Assembly (NCBI GenBank): GCA_050273025.1
Contig: CP158635.1
Location: 17,856,001-17,920,000 of the forward strand
DNA from: Cenococcum geophilum
Lineage: Eukaryota
Reading direction: 5' to 3'
DNA: 64,000 nucleotides
Shown piece by piece: positions 63,701-64,000 of the stretch (positions are counted from its first letter, which is position 1; each line of letters opens with the position of its first letter). A program made the position numbers and the translations under genes. A model generated the notes under the pieces. That model was given only the letters and a program-made list of their open reading frames with translations. It was not told the DNA's origin and made no database searches.

Positions 63701-64000
63701 GTACTGGAGGCTATAAAAACTAAAAGGTAAATAGGCAAACTAAGAGATAGGAGCGTCTTTATACTAGGCCACAGTGGTATCCCCAACTAGTAGATTTATA
63801 CGCTAAGCCGATACTAGGTTAATAGTAGGGTAATAAGAGGTCACTATAAGACTTATATATAGGCTGTCTGCGAAAAACTTAAACTAGTAAGTTAATAATA
63901 CGCTGTATATCTTTACTAAATATCTTATTATCTAAATCACCAGGGCAGCAATGGCTCGGCTTCTTTAGCTTCCTTTACTTCCTTTACCTCTTTTTCTTGT

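Larger units (their letters stand above)
34795..64000. mobile_element. Large RIPed block of non-TE genes (continues 23340-23541 left of the gypsy insertion and past the window end); candidate degenerate Starship-like element or segmental duplication
   Basis: Uniform RIP signature over intron-containing, cellular-type genes on both strands (H3, chromodomain, RING-H2, BTB-like, J-like). No transposase, RT or captain recognised within the window. Confidence 0.5.

Noticed and set aside
34795..64000. Starship captain (DUF3435 tyrosine recombinase), DUF3723, patatin or NLR hallmark genes
   Set aside because: None could be recognised by eye; RIP may obscure them or they may lie beyond the window, so the Starship label remains a hypothesis.

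Overview
Filamentous ascomycete (Pezizomycotina) genomic window, inferred from short GT-AG introns with CTAAC branch sites and pervasive RIP (CpA/TpG depleted, TpA-rich, premature TAA/TAG). It has four parts. (1) 1-9595: a nest of RIP-killed transposons, comprising a Fot1/pogo transposase, a second TIR element carrying a deleted Ty1/copia insertion, and a 3' LTR with PPT. (2) ~9600-23340: an intact, GC-balanced gene island with three minus-strand genes (nirA/nit-4 nitrate regulator, a SNF2-RING ATPase, a Vcx1-type Ca2+/H+ exchanger) and a non-RIPed, singly interrupted ORF resembling the copia protease region. (3) 23542-34794: a full-length RIPed Ty3/gypsy chromovirus (TSD CCTAA) with a nested hAT and an antisense Zn2Cys6-like ORF. 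(4) ~23340-23541 plus 34795-64000+: at least 29 kb of heavily RIPed, intron-containing NON-transposon genes, implying a formerly duplicated giant element (Starship-like; no captain seen in the window). Reversing RIP by eye reveals a chromatin-themed cargo invisible to the ORF track: a histone H3 variant with K9R/S10P and a 9-codon deletion across K27-K36, a chromodomain protein, a protein with >=10 (S/T/R)PKRSP repeats, a RING-H2 ligase, and BTB-like and J-domain-like proteins. De-RIPed residues are my manual reconstructions, not database results.
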